A DNA stretch of 63,947 nucleotides, counting the filler, from Perkinsus olseni (taxonomy: Eukaryota), in assembly GCA_013115125.1 (NCBI GenBank). It is 5 parts of 5 records of this genome, joined end to end, with 100 filler letters (N's around TTAATTAATTAA, not from the genome) between each part and the next. Parts side by side here need not be neighbours in the genome. Positions count along the whole stretch, not along the records: positions 38,766 to 51,544 come from JABANN010000781.1; positions 51,645 to 63,947 come from JABANN010000796.1; 3 more parts are not named here. The stretch is one strand, 5' to 3'. Positions 47,198 through 59,785 of the stretch are shown piece after piece (positions within the stretch are counted from its first letter, which is position 1; each line of letters opens with the position of its first letter). Both the position numbers and the translations under genes were made by a program. The notes under the pieces are model-generated. The model worked only from the letters and a program-made list of their open reading frames with translations, was not told the origin of the DNA and made no database searches.

Positions 47198-49109
47198 TCA
47201 TGGCGAAACTGAAGCTGCTGTGTCATTAGACTGAGTCTCGACAGCCAGGTCTTGTACAGCTTTCTTGTTCAGTTTCTGTTGGTATATTATACCCGCCTTT
47301 ATGCCAAGACCTGACGGGAAAACCCGAGGTCATCTCACCAAAACTGAGGGCTCAAGCCGGGAATATCTGTCGACATGCCAGTACTGGACGCTTACAAGCT
47401 AGTGCTCCAATACAGGATATAACAACGGAAAGATAGAAGGGATATGCTGGACCCAAATCATACAGGTTACCAGCAGCAAAAGGGCCAAAAATTCCGCCTA
47501 AAAAAGTCAATGGATTTCACCAAGCATGGCACCCGGTTGTGCGCTTACCAGAATTGGCAGAACCCATAATAGCAGAGTTGACGAGCCCTCGTTTCTTGGG
47601 CGGACAGACGTTCGCCGAGAAGTACGCCATACCAGCAAAGTAGCAGGCGGCTGAATATAAAAGTGGCTCAGCAGGGGACATATCGTGAAGCACGTGACGA
47701 CCCGAGTTCGATCCCGATCTCCTACCTCCTCCTTGAAGTGCCATACCCAAGAAGATGACTCCTACCAAATTGTCTATAAACGGCACGATGACAATAAGGC
47801 AGGAAACGAACAAGCCAATACAAGCCAGCAAAGCGGGCTCAACAAAACCTGAAAGGACACCGATCCGGGCACGGCAGAGACAGCCACTATACGACTTACG
47901 AGTTATGGGCATGTAGAGAATATTTACTGCAATCATAGCCAGAACTCCAATACTTAGGACACCTCCGTTCTCACTGGGATTGAGATGATACTGCTCAGAG
48001 CCGAGTAAGCCAAATACCGTTGACCAGTTAATCTCGATATATCTGAAGGCAGGAGGCGGAGCGATGCTCACGAATAAGATCTTTGAGAGAGACGGCTTAC
48101 TGTCCGGCGAAAGCTGCTACGGCCATGCAGGCGACGGTCGGCCAGAGGAACTTATTATTCGCCATTACAACTTGTGGACCGCCCGACTTTCGAATGGGCA
48201 TACCATTCTCGTCCTTCTCCAACGATTCGGTGAGAAAGAAGAGAAGTAGTAATACCAGAATCGCTCCGAGCACTCCGACGAAGTAGAATGGGAATGATAG
48301 GGTCACTTCAGACAACGCTCCGCCTGAATGGAAACCCATAACAAGCCTTTCTCTCGGCAAAAGAGAGCATTCATTCTCGGAACCCGAACTCGGTTTAGTA
48401 TAATCTCCTTCCGTCAAAACGATCCCCTCCCGTCGTACCAATGCTAGGGCCAATTGCCTGTCCAACCACCACGCACAGTCCGAAGAAGACGCCATACATT
48501 TTCATATCAGCAGGTCGACTACTGTCGATGATGAAGGCCATGATAACAGGACGAGTACCTAGAGGGAGGGGGCTCATCATCACACCACAGCAGGGCCAAG
48601 CCTACCAGCAGCGACGCCTCCCATTGCACGGAAGCCAGCGAAGCTTCCCAAATCCCAGGCGTTGGCGACGAGGAACTGCGATACCATAAAGATTGTCATA
48701 GCACCAATAATGACTGGACGACGACCGATTCGGTCGGACAAAGGGCCGGTCACCAAGGAGGAGCAGAACGTTCCCACCGCATAGGATGCCATCAAGATGG
48801 AGGTACCGTTGCCCTGATTCATATTCGGAGCCAGCTTTGCGACATACCTGTCACAACATGGGTACAGTTCTGGCAGGCTCCACGAAGCCTGTGGACTTAC
48901 CAAGGTGTCATTGGTGCCAGCATCGTGTTAGCCAACCATTCTATCAGTAGGCTCGAGAAAAGGAGGAATAGATCCATAATCCTCCTTGGGTGATACTCCA
49001 GTCTGTACATGAGCTTCCTGAGCGGCTTAAGTTTGTAGTATTCCTCGTCAGAGAGAGGACCTTTACGAGGTCTGTCGGGGATGAGGAGGATATTCTTCAG
49101 AGCTACCAT
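47198..49109 (-). CDS. MFS transporter copy C (complete, short introns)
   Basis: MVALKNILLIPD...GPLSDRIGRRPV...GLGIKAGIIYQQK...SP*. Confidence 0.9.
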
Positions 49110-50192
49110 ACTAGAGAAGCAGAAACAACACACGATAACACGTGGAGTTAAACCTGAGAGGAAAGTATTCCACTCGTCCTCAACTTGCCCGAATCGTCGT
49201 CTAGGCCTCTCCGAGTGAGGCTCGCTTTAGCTCAGCACCACAGTCCCGCGGCGTCACACAACCACTGTCCCCCTGAGTTCCCCAGCAGGCTGCCGTCCAC
49301 AGTCGTTCAAGAGTCCCAATGCTATACCAACAGTATGGTTGCCGTATGCCGGAGGTGGTGGGAGACCTGGCCGACGACTGACCGCCTCCTCTTCGTCGTC
49401 CGACCAACAACACATGGAGCATGAACGGGAGAGATCCGGGCGGATCAATCGAACAATCAGTCACGACGAAACTCAGCTAAAGTAGGCTCTTCAGTTCTTA
49501 CGGGACGAGTTGATCGTATCACCCGCCATGGTTAACCAACCATTCGCATCGCAATCGCCAGGCTCAGCCTTCAGCTTTCATGCGTGTGTTCGCCCGTGTC
49601 GAAGGTTCACAGTCCACCACACGTCACTGGTCAAACTCTCCGTCTGCCCTCGGGTACCAGCAGGAAGACGGATCTCGGTTATCGAGAGATGAGATCAATA
49701 CTGATTATGCGTTAGGCTGCATCAGGTGTCTTCATCTCATGACCTCACTATTCATCAAGCCCAGGCTTGAAGATGCATTACGTTCGGGTACGGGTAGGTT
49801 GGCGAGTGTTCGGATTGCGAGGGTGACCCACGGAGGGTCTCATCTGTGAGCTCACTGTGTTCACATTTTCTTAATGGTTGTTATCGAGTGGCTCACAAAG
49901 GCGCAAATTGGCTACCCTAAATGACGCAGTTTTTACTGCTTTTTCCCAGCACCATGCATGAAGCTGTTGATTGATGACGTCAACTCAATCAGAGAAGTTC
50001 TTCACGAAAGCCTTTTTCATCACCACTGAAGTAAGAAGGAAGCTGTAGAACCACAACAACACTAAATCAAGTAAAGGTATTATGTAAGCAATAAACATAG
50101 TCTCTCCACAAACGGGAGAGGCACTCCGAATACGGACAATCACCGAGCATAGCAGAAGGAAGACGTCGTCTGGTAGGCGGGGACTGAGTCGT

Positions 50193-50683
50193 TCACTCGC
50201 GCGACCTCGGGGATGCCACCGTTGCACGATCGGCGTCTTCGTCCTGCCTTTGCGCAGGCTCTCGGGAGTCTCGCTGTGCTGATCGATAGAGGTTCATCTG
50301 GTATCTCATTCCAAAGAAGATACCGATGCCTAACACAAAAGAAAAACCTCAGCATGATTTTTTCGTCACCCTTAGCTGCCCCGTAGTCGCCGAAACAGAT
50401 TCTGCCGGGACGAAAGAAAGGATCCCGGGCGCTGACGATGACCTCGCTCTGACTGAAATATTCCCGGCTTGATGAACAGAGCCTAATCAACAGACTGAAC
50501 CGCCCCCCCCCCACGGAAAGGCACATCGGTGATGCTAGTCTAACTCGGCCGTATTGTCGGACACACACTGAATGGCTTACATGCTACGAAGCCTGTGGCT
50601 GAGAGGGAAATACTGAAGTAGAATGGATCGAACAAACCAAGATCATACAGATCACCGGCGACCAACGGTCCCACTATTCCACC
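50193..50683 (-). CDS. MFS transporter copy D, last two exons only
   Basis: GGIVGPLVAGDLYDLGLFDPFYFS and GIGIFFGMRYQMNLY are homologous to the terminal exons of copy B. Confidence 0.7.
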
Positions 50684-51544
50684 TGAAAATAACACCAGTG
50701 GAGGAATGCAAATGTAACTATATTGAGGGCTGATGAGCACTGGCTGCCGAGTTCGGCCTTGTGTAAGGAGCGTGAAGTGTGGTATGCGCATGCGTGCCAC
50801 AGGAGTTGATGGTGTCTCAAGAAGAACGCTACTGATTCAGCATAGTGGTGACATCAATTCTGCTACGACTCAGTTTCATAAACGGACAGTTGCCTACACG
50901 TTGTTAATGTAAGAGGAGACAGCGATGACGTGCGATGGCACTGCAAACCCTTCCCTCCATCTCCCTTCTAATGGCGACGTTCGATTATTCTAGTATTCGA
51001 GCACGACGCTCTTAAGATGTATGGGACGAGAAGGTAGACGGGAAGTTCTCGTGTTCCCATCGGGAACACAGGCTGAGTCGAGAGATTAGGTTCTGCCTGA
51101 GAGCCCCACTTGTATACAGCGTGAAACAGCAACTCGTCACATGACACGAAGTGGAATTCTTTCACGAGAAACAGACGAAGTTTTTCAACAGGACAAGGGA
51201 ATTCATCGGTGAATGTGACTGGGTCTCTTCAAGTCACTACCTTGTGAATTCACGGTGTAAAACGAGACATACAGTCCGTGAAAAAAGGAAGCAGCATGCA
51301 GGATTGAGGCCACTATGCCACGTGGCAGCAGGACTCAGTGCTCCAATCGCTCGACCGCTGTTCTCGCGCAGCGTGGCAAAGTGGATTCACTTTTACACGT
51401 TGTATTTATCTCGTTACAAACCGTAACTTTTCCGTATGTTTCACCAGTCGCGGTCTATACCATTCAGAAGCCAAATTGGCGGATAGGGTTGCCGTTGCCG
51501 TAGCCTATATGGGGGTCGAGGATGATATCATCACATTAGCGAGT

Positions 51545-51644
51545 NNNNNNNNNNNNNNNNNNNNNNNNNNNNNNNNNNNNNNNNNNNNTTAATTAATTAA
51601 NNNNNNNNNNNNNNNNNNNNNNNNNNNNNNNNNNNNNNNNNNNN
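51545..51644. other. Artificial contig linker
   Basis: N44-TTAATTAATTAA-N44. Confidence 0.99.
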
Positions 51645-51938
51645 TCCGTCAAAGTATTGGTATTGGCTATACCCCGATTTGCTGTTGGGTTAAGTTGGTT
51701 GCGCTAGGACCACAACAAATCTGCGCCGATGGTTTGCGAGCAAGGGGCGAGTTATACGCTTCTTCCATCGCGTTGCAAGCATCCCTGCGATCGACCCGAG
51801 ACTGGCTGATGAAGAACGGACCAGAATCGACCCGAGAGTCACATGGATGATTCAGTGAGTGCCCACGGTTCATGAGGGTCATTTTCGAATTTTCGTTCTG
51901 AGCCTGAAGTTGCTCGGCTACGGACGAATGCAGTTCTC

Positions 51939-53843
51939 ATGGCCCCAGCAAATGACAGTACCTGCGTGATGGACTGCGGGCCAGTCCGCAACTTGACAGT
52001 CCTCTTCGTCAAGTATCGCAACGACCACAAACACCGAAAGAATCGTTTCGCGGGGTATTCCCTTCTTGGGGACTCTGGAGGGAGCACGACGCGGTCCACT
52101 TCGTCGACAGGTGAGTGCATATTTGCGTAGAGGAAGCCGGCTGGTTGTCTCTATTTTACTCTTTCAGTCGCGAGTTCGGGGCTCGGCAGGCAGTCAAGTA
52201 ATCACAATCGGTATCTTTTGACCTCGGCGGGAACCAACGCGTCAAATCATGAGGTCGTGGATGTGGAAATGGCGACTTTGCCGCCTCAAGTACGACCGCG
52301 CTAAGCGGGACCTCCGCTGGATGATGCTGGTGATTCTAGCACTGATTTTTCAGTGGTTCGACATCCAAACGGAGATCAGTGACTACCTCACGCAAATAAA
52401 GGAACGACTATCGCAGTTGCGGAGTGTGCAGCAGAAGAGGCTACTCAAAGTTTTCGATGATCACTCAGGGTCTGAGTCCTTGCAAGACGCTGAGGTAGTA
52501 GCTTTGGGGCGAGTCCAGGGTTCCTTCACCAATGGCATTCCTGTTGCGTCCAGGGCTGTTAGCTGGGGGGAAGTGAAGTGGGGCGAGGTTAGAAACTTCC
52601 GACTCGCATCTTTGTTTATTCATTTGCTCAGCTGGATGCAATTTCGACCGCAGTCAACCAACTGTTTCGGAAGTGCGAAATTCGACTGAAGGATCTCGTC
52701 CGTGACTCCCCGGGGGAAGACTCAAAGATGGAAGAGTGTCGGTAGTATTGGTGATCCCTTGCTAATTCGCTGTTCGCGGGGTGCAGCTGTGCCGGATCGG
52801 ATAACGAAAGAAACTTTCTATCCCAACTCATGGTTCCCAGCCGCTCTCTCGTCTGTCTCACTGAAGGCGTTTTCTCGTCGTGGATGTTGTTCCACTCGAA
52901 GTTCTTCCCTCATTCAATTGTTGATCTTTTGTCGCCCTGATTGTCTCAGGAAGAACGCTGCTCGGGCATTGGCGAGTCGAATGCAAGAGTTGTCTGGCGA
53001 GTTCAAGTCCATGCAAGGCAAATTTTTGAAGGAGGTAGTGCCAGTGACACTCTCTTAGCACTCAACCTGATACCGCGGTTTACCGACTCACGTTGCGCAC
53101 TTTATTCTGAGCGCAATGGGTAGGTTCGACAGAGGCAAAATGTGAATCTTTGGGATGGTGATGGGGATGGTGAGGGCCGAGGGAAAGGTGTCCTCGATGA
53201 TGCGGGCTTCGATGATGAGCAGGTTCTCGAATTAGAGGTAATACTCGGATTTTGGGAAGAGGGGCGAGCAGGCGAGACGGCCACGGCTGTCTATTCCCGA
53301 GGCCGTCATTCAGTAGCAGCTCATGCGTTCTACCATGGCATTTCTACATGTTTGTCCAGTCACGGGATAGTGCACAGCTCAATCTGATGGTTGCTGACGA
53401 CGATTGCAATCCTCGCTCCTCCTCGGGTCCACAGTGTTCCTGGCAGGCGCTTGAGGTCAATGCGACTCAGCGGTCGAAGGAAATAGGGAAAATTGCGCAA
53501 TCAATAATCGAGCTGAATCAGATCTTCAAGGAGCTCGCGGTGCTGGTGATTGACCAAGGAACGGTACTAATAAGGCCGCATATTGAGGGGTTGGTACGGC
53601 TCTAGCGATAGGTACTAGATCGCATCGACTATAATATGGAGCACGCGGTGGATCAGACAAGAGAGGCCAACGTCCAGCTGACGCAGGCTGAAAGAGCCCA
53701 ACGGTAGTATCGGTTGCCCCGAGCGGTTCGCTATTGTGATGGCGATTCCTCGTGTCAGGTCGAGCCGTGTGATGAAGTGCATTCTCATCCTAGCGATGTT
53801 CATATTCCTCAACATTGTCATCATTGCCTACAGGAGTGCTTGA
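51939..53843 (+). CDS. STX16: Syntaxin-16/Tlg2-like Qa-SNARE
   Basis: N-peptide RNLTVLFVKYR, LPPQ|W, SNARE motif RSKEIGKIAQSIIELNQIFKELAVLVIDQGT|VLDRIDYNME, and a C-terminal TM segment. Confidence 0.92.
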
Positions 53844-53986
53844 CGCTGCTTCAACGCTGAACTCGCTGGGTGAAGTTTTAAGCCTGTTAGCTGTCACATT
53901 TCAGAGTTATTACAATTGCATTGAGTTTACAGTGCTTGCTATGTGGTCGATATCTGCATATCTTATCAAAGGATACTCCTTTACGC

Positions 53987-54623
53987 ATGCCCTCTGACAC
54001 ATCAGCAGCCATTGGCGAGTACCTGCTCAAGGGCTGGGCTATGCTTGGTGATTCGTGCCCTCAATGCTGCATACCGCTGTTGCGGAGTCCGGATCGAGTC
54101 AAGATGGTCTGTGTCGGATGCCACTCTGAATGGCCGGTTGATGGGGTAATTTGGCCTCACCAGGGTTGGGAACGACGAGGGGGGTTTCAGCGCTAGGGCA
54201 CATCTAGCGTCCTGCTCCCGTCAGGCACCGAAGCTCACCAACGGCGTGAGCGAGAAGAAGACAGACTGCAGTGATGGGAAGTCCAGCGGAACAACGGCAC
54301 AGGGCGAGGAGAAGCAGCGGGACCCCCAGCTACGGGTAGAAGACGGCAAGCCTACGAAAGGGAAAATCGAGAGAAAGTCCACTGGTTGGAAGCAGACGGC
54401 TGCTGGTAAGTTGACCCCGCTCGTTTGGATGGGTACTTTTCTCGCTCGCTTGGGCATGCGTCCGTCTATACGTTGGTCTTTTTCATTTTAAGACGCGCTG
54501 GAGCGGAAGATGCAGTATCTGGCTAAAAGGTTAGACGAGGCAGTTGATATGGATTCCATCGATCGCATTATGATGGCTATGGAGAAATGCTCGGAGCTGA
54601 TTGAGAGGATGTCCAAAAACTGA
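53987..54623 (+). CDS. ZNRD2: SSSCA1/ZNRD2 (Auto_anti-p27) zinc-ribbon protein
   Basis: IGEYLLKGWAMLGDSCPQCCIPLLRSPDRVKMVCVGC. Confidence 0.8.
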
Positions 54624-54727
54624 ACACAGAGCAAGTTTCTAGCCTGATGGTGCAACCACGAGCCTGTTGTTAATTCCTGGGGCTCGGTCCTTCACTTCTC
54701 TGGTGCTCACAGTTTGTGTGGTTCTTG

Positions 54728-55509
54728 ATGTCGGAACGCTGGTCGGAGCTCGGTGACGACGAGAAGGTGGAAGCAGTTCTGATGGAGCTCACGCTGAGGG
54801 CCGCTGGTGAGCTCAGCGCTGAGTTTGATGCTGAGTGAGACCGTGGTCAGGCGAGGAACCAAATGATTATGCTCACTGGCGGCAGCTGCTGGAGGGTCAG
54901 CGTCTAGATTTGCAGATACTGCGGGAACGCAGAGCGGCGGCCGAGGAGGAGCTGCTCGCTTCGGTGCATCAGCTGTATGAGCGCGAAATCCGGTATGCTG
55001 CTTCGATGACTCTGTCAGCTCCGGTTGTTGCCGCAGTGCCTGCTCAGAGTCATCGAGCGAGACATCCACATTATTGAGGATGACATACAGAGAACTCGGG
55101 ATGAGTTGAAAGAGGAGACTTCGAGGGATTCACAACTCCAGGCTGGCCTCATGCGCCTGCGGGAGGAGCGTGAACGAGAGGCTGCAGAGCTCAGGATTAA
55201 GGCCCTCGAGGTGCCCGGGAATTGTTTCCGTCAAGCTCCAGGGATCTGGCTGGGCTGACAGGCGGAACAGTCGGGGAATGAGATGAGGCTGCAGCTAAGG
55301 AAAGTGGTCCGAGAGTACAGCGAGCAACAGGCGAAACTGGCGACACTCAAGGCAGACTTGGAAGACAGGAAGAAAGGGGGATCAGAGTTGAGACGACAAG
55401 TCAAGTGGGAGGCCCCTTTCTACTTGGGCCACCCGAGCGTGATCACGGGGTTCTCCTCAGAAAGCTCGATGACGACATGCGGAGGCTGGTCTACCAGCAC
55501 GACGTTTGA
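54728..55509 (+). CDS. Coiled-coil hypothetical protein
   Basis: E/R/L-rich exons joined by short GT-AG introns. Ends KLDDDMRRLVYQHDV*. Confidence 0.6.
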
Positions 55510-55634
55510 CTCTTACGTTTCGCCGTTACCGCCGCTCGCGTTGTCCAACAGCGCTTAGCACTTTCGGAATCTTCGCTCGAAGCTTGCTGTTCGCGGAGCC
55601 CGTACTTGGGAAGTCTGGCGATAACCCTCTCCGC

Positions 55635-56194
55635 ATGCCGGCGACATGTCGCAACAAGCCCACCATACCTCAGCCGACGCCCCCGCCGTCTGCAGCTCCG
55701 AAAGCCGGCGAGCGTTCCTGGGGTGACACGACCTTCAACGGCCGCTACCCGCCCCTTCTTAGCAACTTATACGTGGAGAAGTTCAGCGATGCACATGCTA
55801 AGCTTTTGCATGAGTACCGCAGTCTTGAGTCTGCGAGGGCCTACTGTCGTCCATCAGATGCCTTACTCGAGGGGAAGCTCCGCCGCTGGTTGTCAGTCAT
55901 TTACAGTACGAGACGATCCTGTCTCGGAGGCTGTGCCGAGTGAAGCTCGAACAGAGGTAGCGGATCGTACGGCCCCTTGCGACGATGGTGATATTGCTCT
56001 GCTGCAGGCGGGTGTTGCTCGGGCTCAATGCAGATGGGAGACGGGTTGAGCGGTATAAGTGGAAGACTCGGAGTGACTATGCGAATTCAAGGGTGAAGTA
56101 CCGCGGGCAGTTCGTGAAGGAGAAGTTCGACCAATTGGCTATAGAGGACAAACCGCATGATGAAGGGAAGCTGCAACTAGAGGATACCATGTGA
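55635..56194 (+). CDS. Small protein with a divergent CCT-like motif
   Basis: Spliced EGKLRRW|RVLL...RYKWKTRSDYANSRVKYRGQFVK resembles the CCT consensus (R-x-x-x-L-x-RY...RY-x-x-RK-x-x-A-x-x-R-x-R-x-x-GQFVK). Confidence 0.55.
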
Positions 56195-56237
56195 ACCACT
56201 TTCAATCCAGCTGCTTGCTTTGAGTGCAGTTTGTGGA

Positions 56238-59200
56238 ATGCATCGCCCCTCTCCTGAGGAACTCCGACAGCTCTGGTTCGAACTGGGACGACTGCGTCAG
56301 TTTTTCACCCAAGTTTCCAGCTGGAGATTCGGCAGTGGCCAACGTCTCTCCGCATGCGGTGGGCCAGGGGTGTCTGTAGCACCCTCTCATTCAGCTGGAT
56401 ACCGATCGATTCTTGCTGGATCGGTGAACCCAAGGCCGCGCCTGATCTCTCGACGAGGGTAAGCTCCGATATGGGGTAGCGCTCGACCATTTGTTAGCAT
56501 CGGGTCTGTAGTGTGCCGATTTCACCACTCTCCCAAGTCTTGAGGCTTTTCCCTGCTAGTCCTCCGGTCAACTGGCGACGTGTTGTTAACCTTCGTCGGA
56601 CTCGTTCTTATCATTGTCAGGTCCTCCATCGCCACTCCCACCGAGGTCTCTCTTTTGATCTGCGCGGTCTTACTTGGGAGTTTCGCATTGAGCTCATCCA
56701 AATATTCGTCATCGAGCTCACACTGCACTTCATAAACCTGCAGTCGATTGTTTACCTACAAACACTCTTATCGGTGACAGATGGCGCCTCGGCGGCCGAC
56801 TTTACTTTTCTTTCGGCCAACGTGGCTCTGTGGCTCCTTAGAACTCACGCTACGTACTGGCTGGCCTCAATAAAAGCGTACATGAGCACCGCCCTCACCT
56901 ATGCAGTGCACTGCGTCTCTCTAGACTTGCCGGCGGAAGCCAGCCGGGGTCACTCGTTGACGAACCTCCTGCTTAGCGACACCGCAGTTGCTGTAGATGG
57001 GCTCACTGCAGTGGTGGCTGCCTGGCGACTACCCATTGAGTTCCTCAGCGCTTTCTATCTGCTCTGGACTAACCTCACTTATGGGGTCGTTCCGTGTCTC
57101 CTGGTGGTGATCATACTCCGTTGTGCAGCACTGGTCCTGTCCTTCATGGACGGCAATTTGCGTAAAGCATGGCAGTCGTCGAGAGACGATCGCATCACTC
57201 TGTGTGAAGAAGCCTTCAGCCCACCATCCTGTGCCAGTCTGGCTCGGCTCGGATGGACGAGGGTGTGGGTCCAGTTCATTCTGCGCAGTCGCGAGACGGA
57301 ACTTCGTCTCCTCGGCAAGCGCGAATGGATGCGTAAAATCCGCGAAGGCATCGACTATGCTCAGCCCGTGATCGTCCAGTTTGTAGCGGTACTGCTGATG
57401 GTCACCACAGCGTCCGTAGATCCAGCCGCGGTTGTCCCCACATCGTTGATGCTGGCCAGCGTGGCCGCCCCCGTGAATCAGTTCACCGGTGTCGTCCTCA
57501 GCCTGCTGGAATGTCGGAGCGCTTTGCAACGCCTTCAATCCTTCTGCAAGGCAGTGCCTCATCCAAGCTCGGCTGAGAAGACCGTGTATAAACTCGACCC
57601 GACATTTCTGGGACGAGTGGTTGCGATCGGTGAGCGAGATGGTAGCGCTGTCACAGGCTCCCTTCTAGCCTCATCGACAGACACGGTGGTCGTGAGAAAA
57701 TCTCCGAGGCTTCTTTTTGGTTGCGGTGACACTGTACGTGAGAATGTTCTTTTCGGCCTGCGATGCGACGATGTTTGTCTGGACAAGGCGATGCGCCTGG
57801 CATGTTTGACGGGCGTACCTCCAACTAAGAAGGTCGACACTCTATCGATGGGCCAGGGTGCAAGGGTGTGCTTGGCCAGATCGTACTACCGTATCCTCTG
57901 TGGGAGCGTGTGGAATGCCGTGCTGTTCTTGGAAGAGCCCTGCATTTTTCTGGACCCGGGCACGTCTGCAATGGTCGTGGCTAACATGCTTGAGCTGTTG
58001 GAGCATAGTGCTTCAATAATAGTTCTGACCGAGCATCTCGAGCTCCTCTCCGCGAACTTGCCGGCGGAAGCTCTTCTCGTGGTCGGTGCCCGTAGTCGAA
58101 TCCGCAGGCAGAAACCGTCCGGGAGTGATGTGACAGCTTCTATAGGGAATGCCGTGGAAGAGAAGACGCCCTTACAGAAGCAAGTGCCAGATTCCCAAGC
58201 CGTCGCTGCGTGCGTACCATTACAAGCCTACAGCATGTTCCTTGGGTATGTCGGTTATGGCTACTCGTGCTCGATCATGCTGCTGATTGCTGGTATCATG
58301 GGTAGCCAGCAGTCTCTCGACGTTCTCCTCTCCAGAGTGACTGACGGCGAGTTGGCGCTACTGTGGCGGTATGCAGTTGTCCTCTCGGCATTCCTTCTTT
58401 GTAACTTCGCCGCGTTTCACGTTGAGGTCACCGGCGGGCTCCGCGGAGCCGAAAAGCTCTTCACCGAGTTCGTCTCTGAGCTCCCGCGGTCCGTCTTCTT
58501 CGTGGATGCTGTCGAGGCGTCTGATAATCTAAGTCGGCTTACCTCAGATGTCAATGTGTCTGACCATACTTTGACCCGCACCCTCGGTGTACTGTGGGGA
58601 GGTGTGCTCTACTTGTTTGTTAAAATCTTTTTTATGCTGATAACCTCAGAGAGCCCCGCAGAGACGATGTTGGTGATCGTTTCCGTGGTATTGGCGTTTG
58701 AGCTGATGGCAGCTCGTCCATTCCGTCCAGCGAATCGTGGAGCCCACCGTCGAGCCGCAGCTGCCCTGACACCAGTCGTAGCCGCGGCGCATGGCAGCTT
58801 CGAAATTCGTGACACTGTCCGTGAATACGGAGCCACCTCATGGGTTACTACGCAATTCTTGGCTAGAGCTGCAGAGAGCGCTAGATGGCATTTGGTCGAA
58901 GAAGCATGTCGCTGTTGGCTCTCTCTGCGTTTAGAGCTCATCGGCTTCCTCCTCACCGCCCAAGTTACTCTCGCGAAACCGATCGGGGACCCAGTCCTTG
59001 CCGGTATGCTGATCACAGCTGCACGGGCGGTCTCTGGGATCGTACAACAGCTAATACACAATTGTGCCGACATCGAGCGCGATTTTGTCTCTGTACAGAG
59101 GCTCTCGCAGAAGCCGTTCTGTGAGCAAGATCGCGAATCTGCTAAGCGGAGAAAGATCTACAGTGAGAACACTATAGTGATGTGCAAAGCGAGCGTCGGG

Positions 59201-59785
59201 TACGGCGAGTCCGTTGTACTCCGTGGTGTCGATTTGGTCGTTCATGCCGATGAGAAGGTCGCTCTGGTGGGGCCCTCAGGCTCTGGTAAGACAACACTAT
59301 TGAACTCAATTCTGGGAGCGGCCAAGGTCTTCAGCGGGAGTCTTCTCATATGCGGACTGAGCCCTGATGAAGCCACAACTCGCCGCTTCGTTCAATGTGT
59401 CCCCCACAGCCCTGTCATATTCCGTGGATCATTACGACGGAATCTAGATCCTGATGGCTGCATGGTCGACAGTCTTCTGCAGGAGTGCTTGCGTGCTGTT
59501 GGGTTGCCCGAGCGGGTCTGCACTAACCTGGATTCTGATGCGTCCGACGTTGTGAAGACTACCACCGATCGTCTGCGTGTCTGCCTCGCACGAGTTGTCT
59601 TGGCGCGGGAGTTTAGTCAACTGAGCATCGTTCTACTCGATGAGTGCGCTGGGGTGTTCTCGGACAAGGCTGCTAGAGAATTCGTCGGGGTTTGCTTGAG
59701 ATTGTTCGAGTCCCAGACTGTAGTCATGACGACTCATCGTCCTTTTCTAACTGAGCTGTTCGATAGAACTGTGATGATTGAGTAA
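56238..59785 (+). CDS. Divergent full-size ABC transporter (ABCC/MRP-like); 5' end uncertain
   Basis: TMD-NBD-TMD-NBD order. Motifs TVRENVLFG, LSMGQ, SRLTSDV, WLSLRLE, VSVQRL, GPSGSGKT, SLRRNLDP, VLLDE and THR. Confidence 0.88.
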
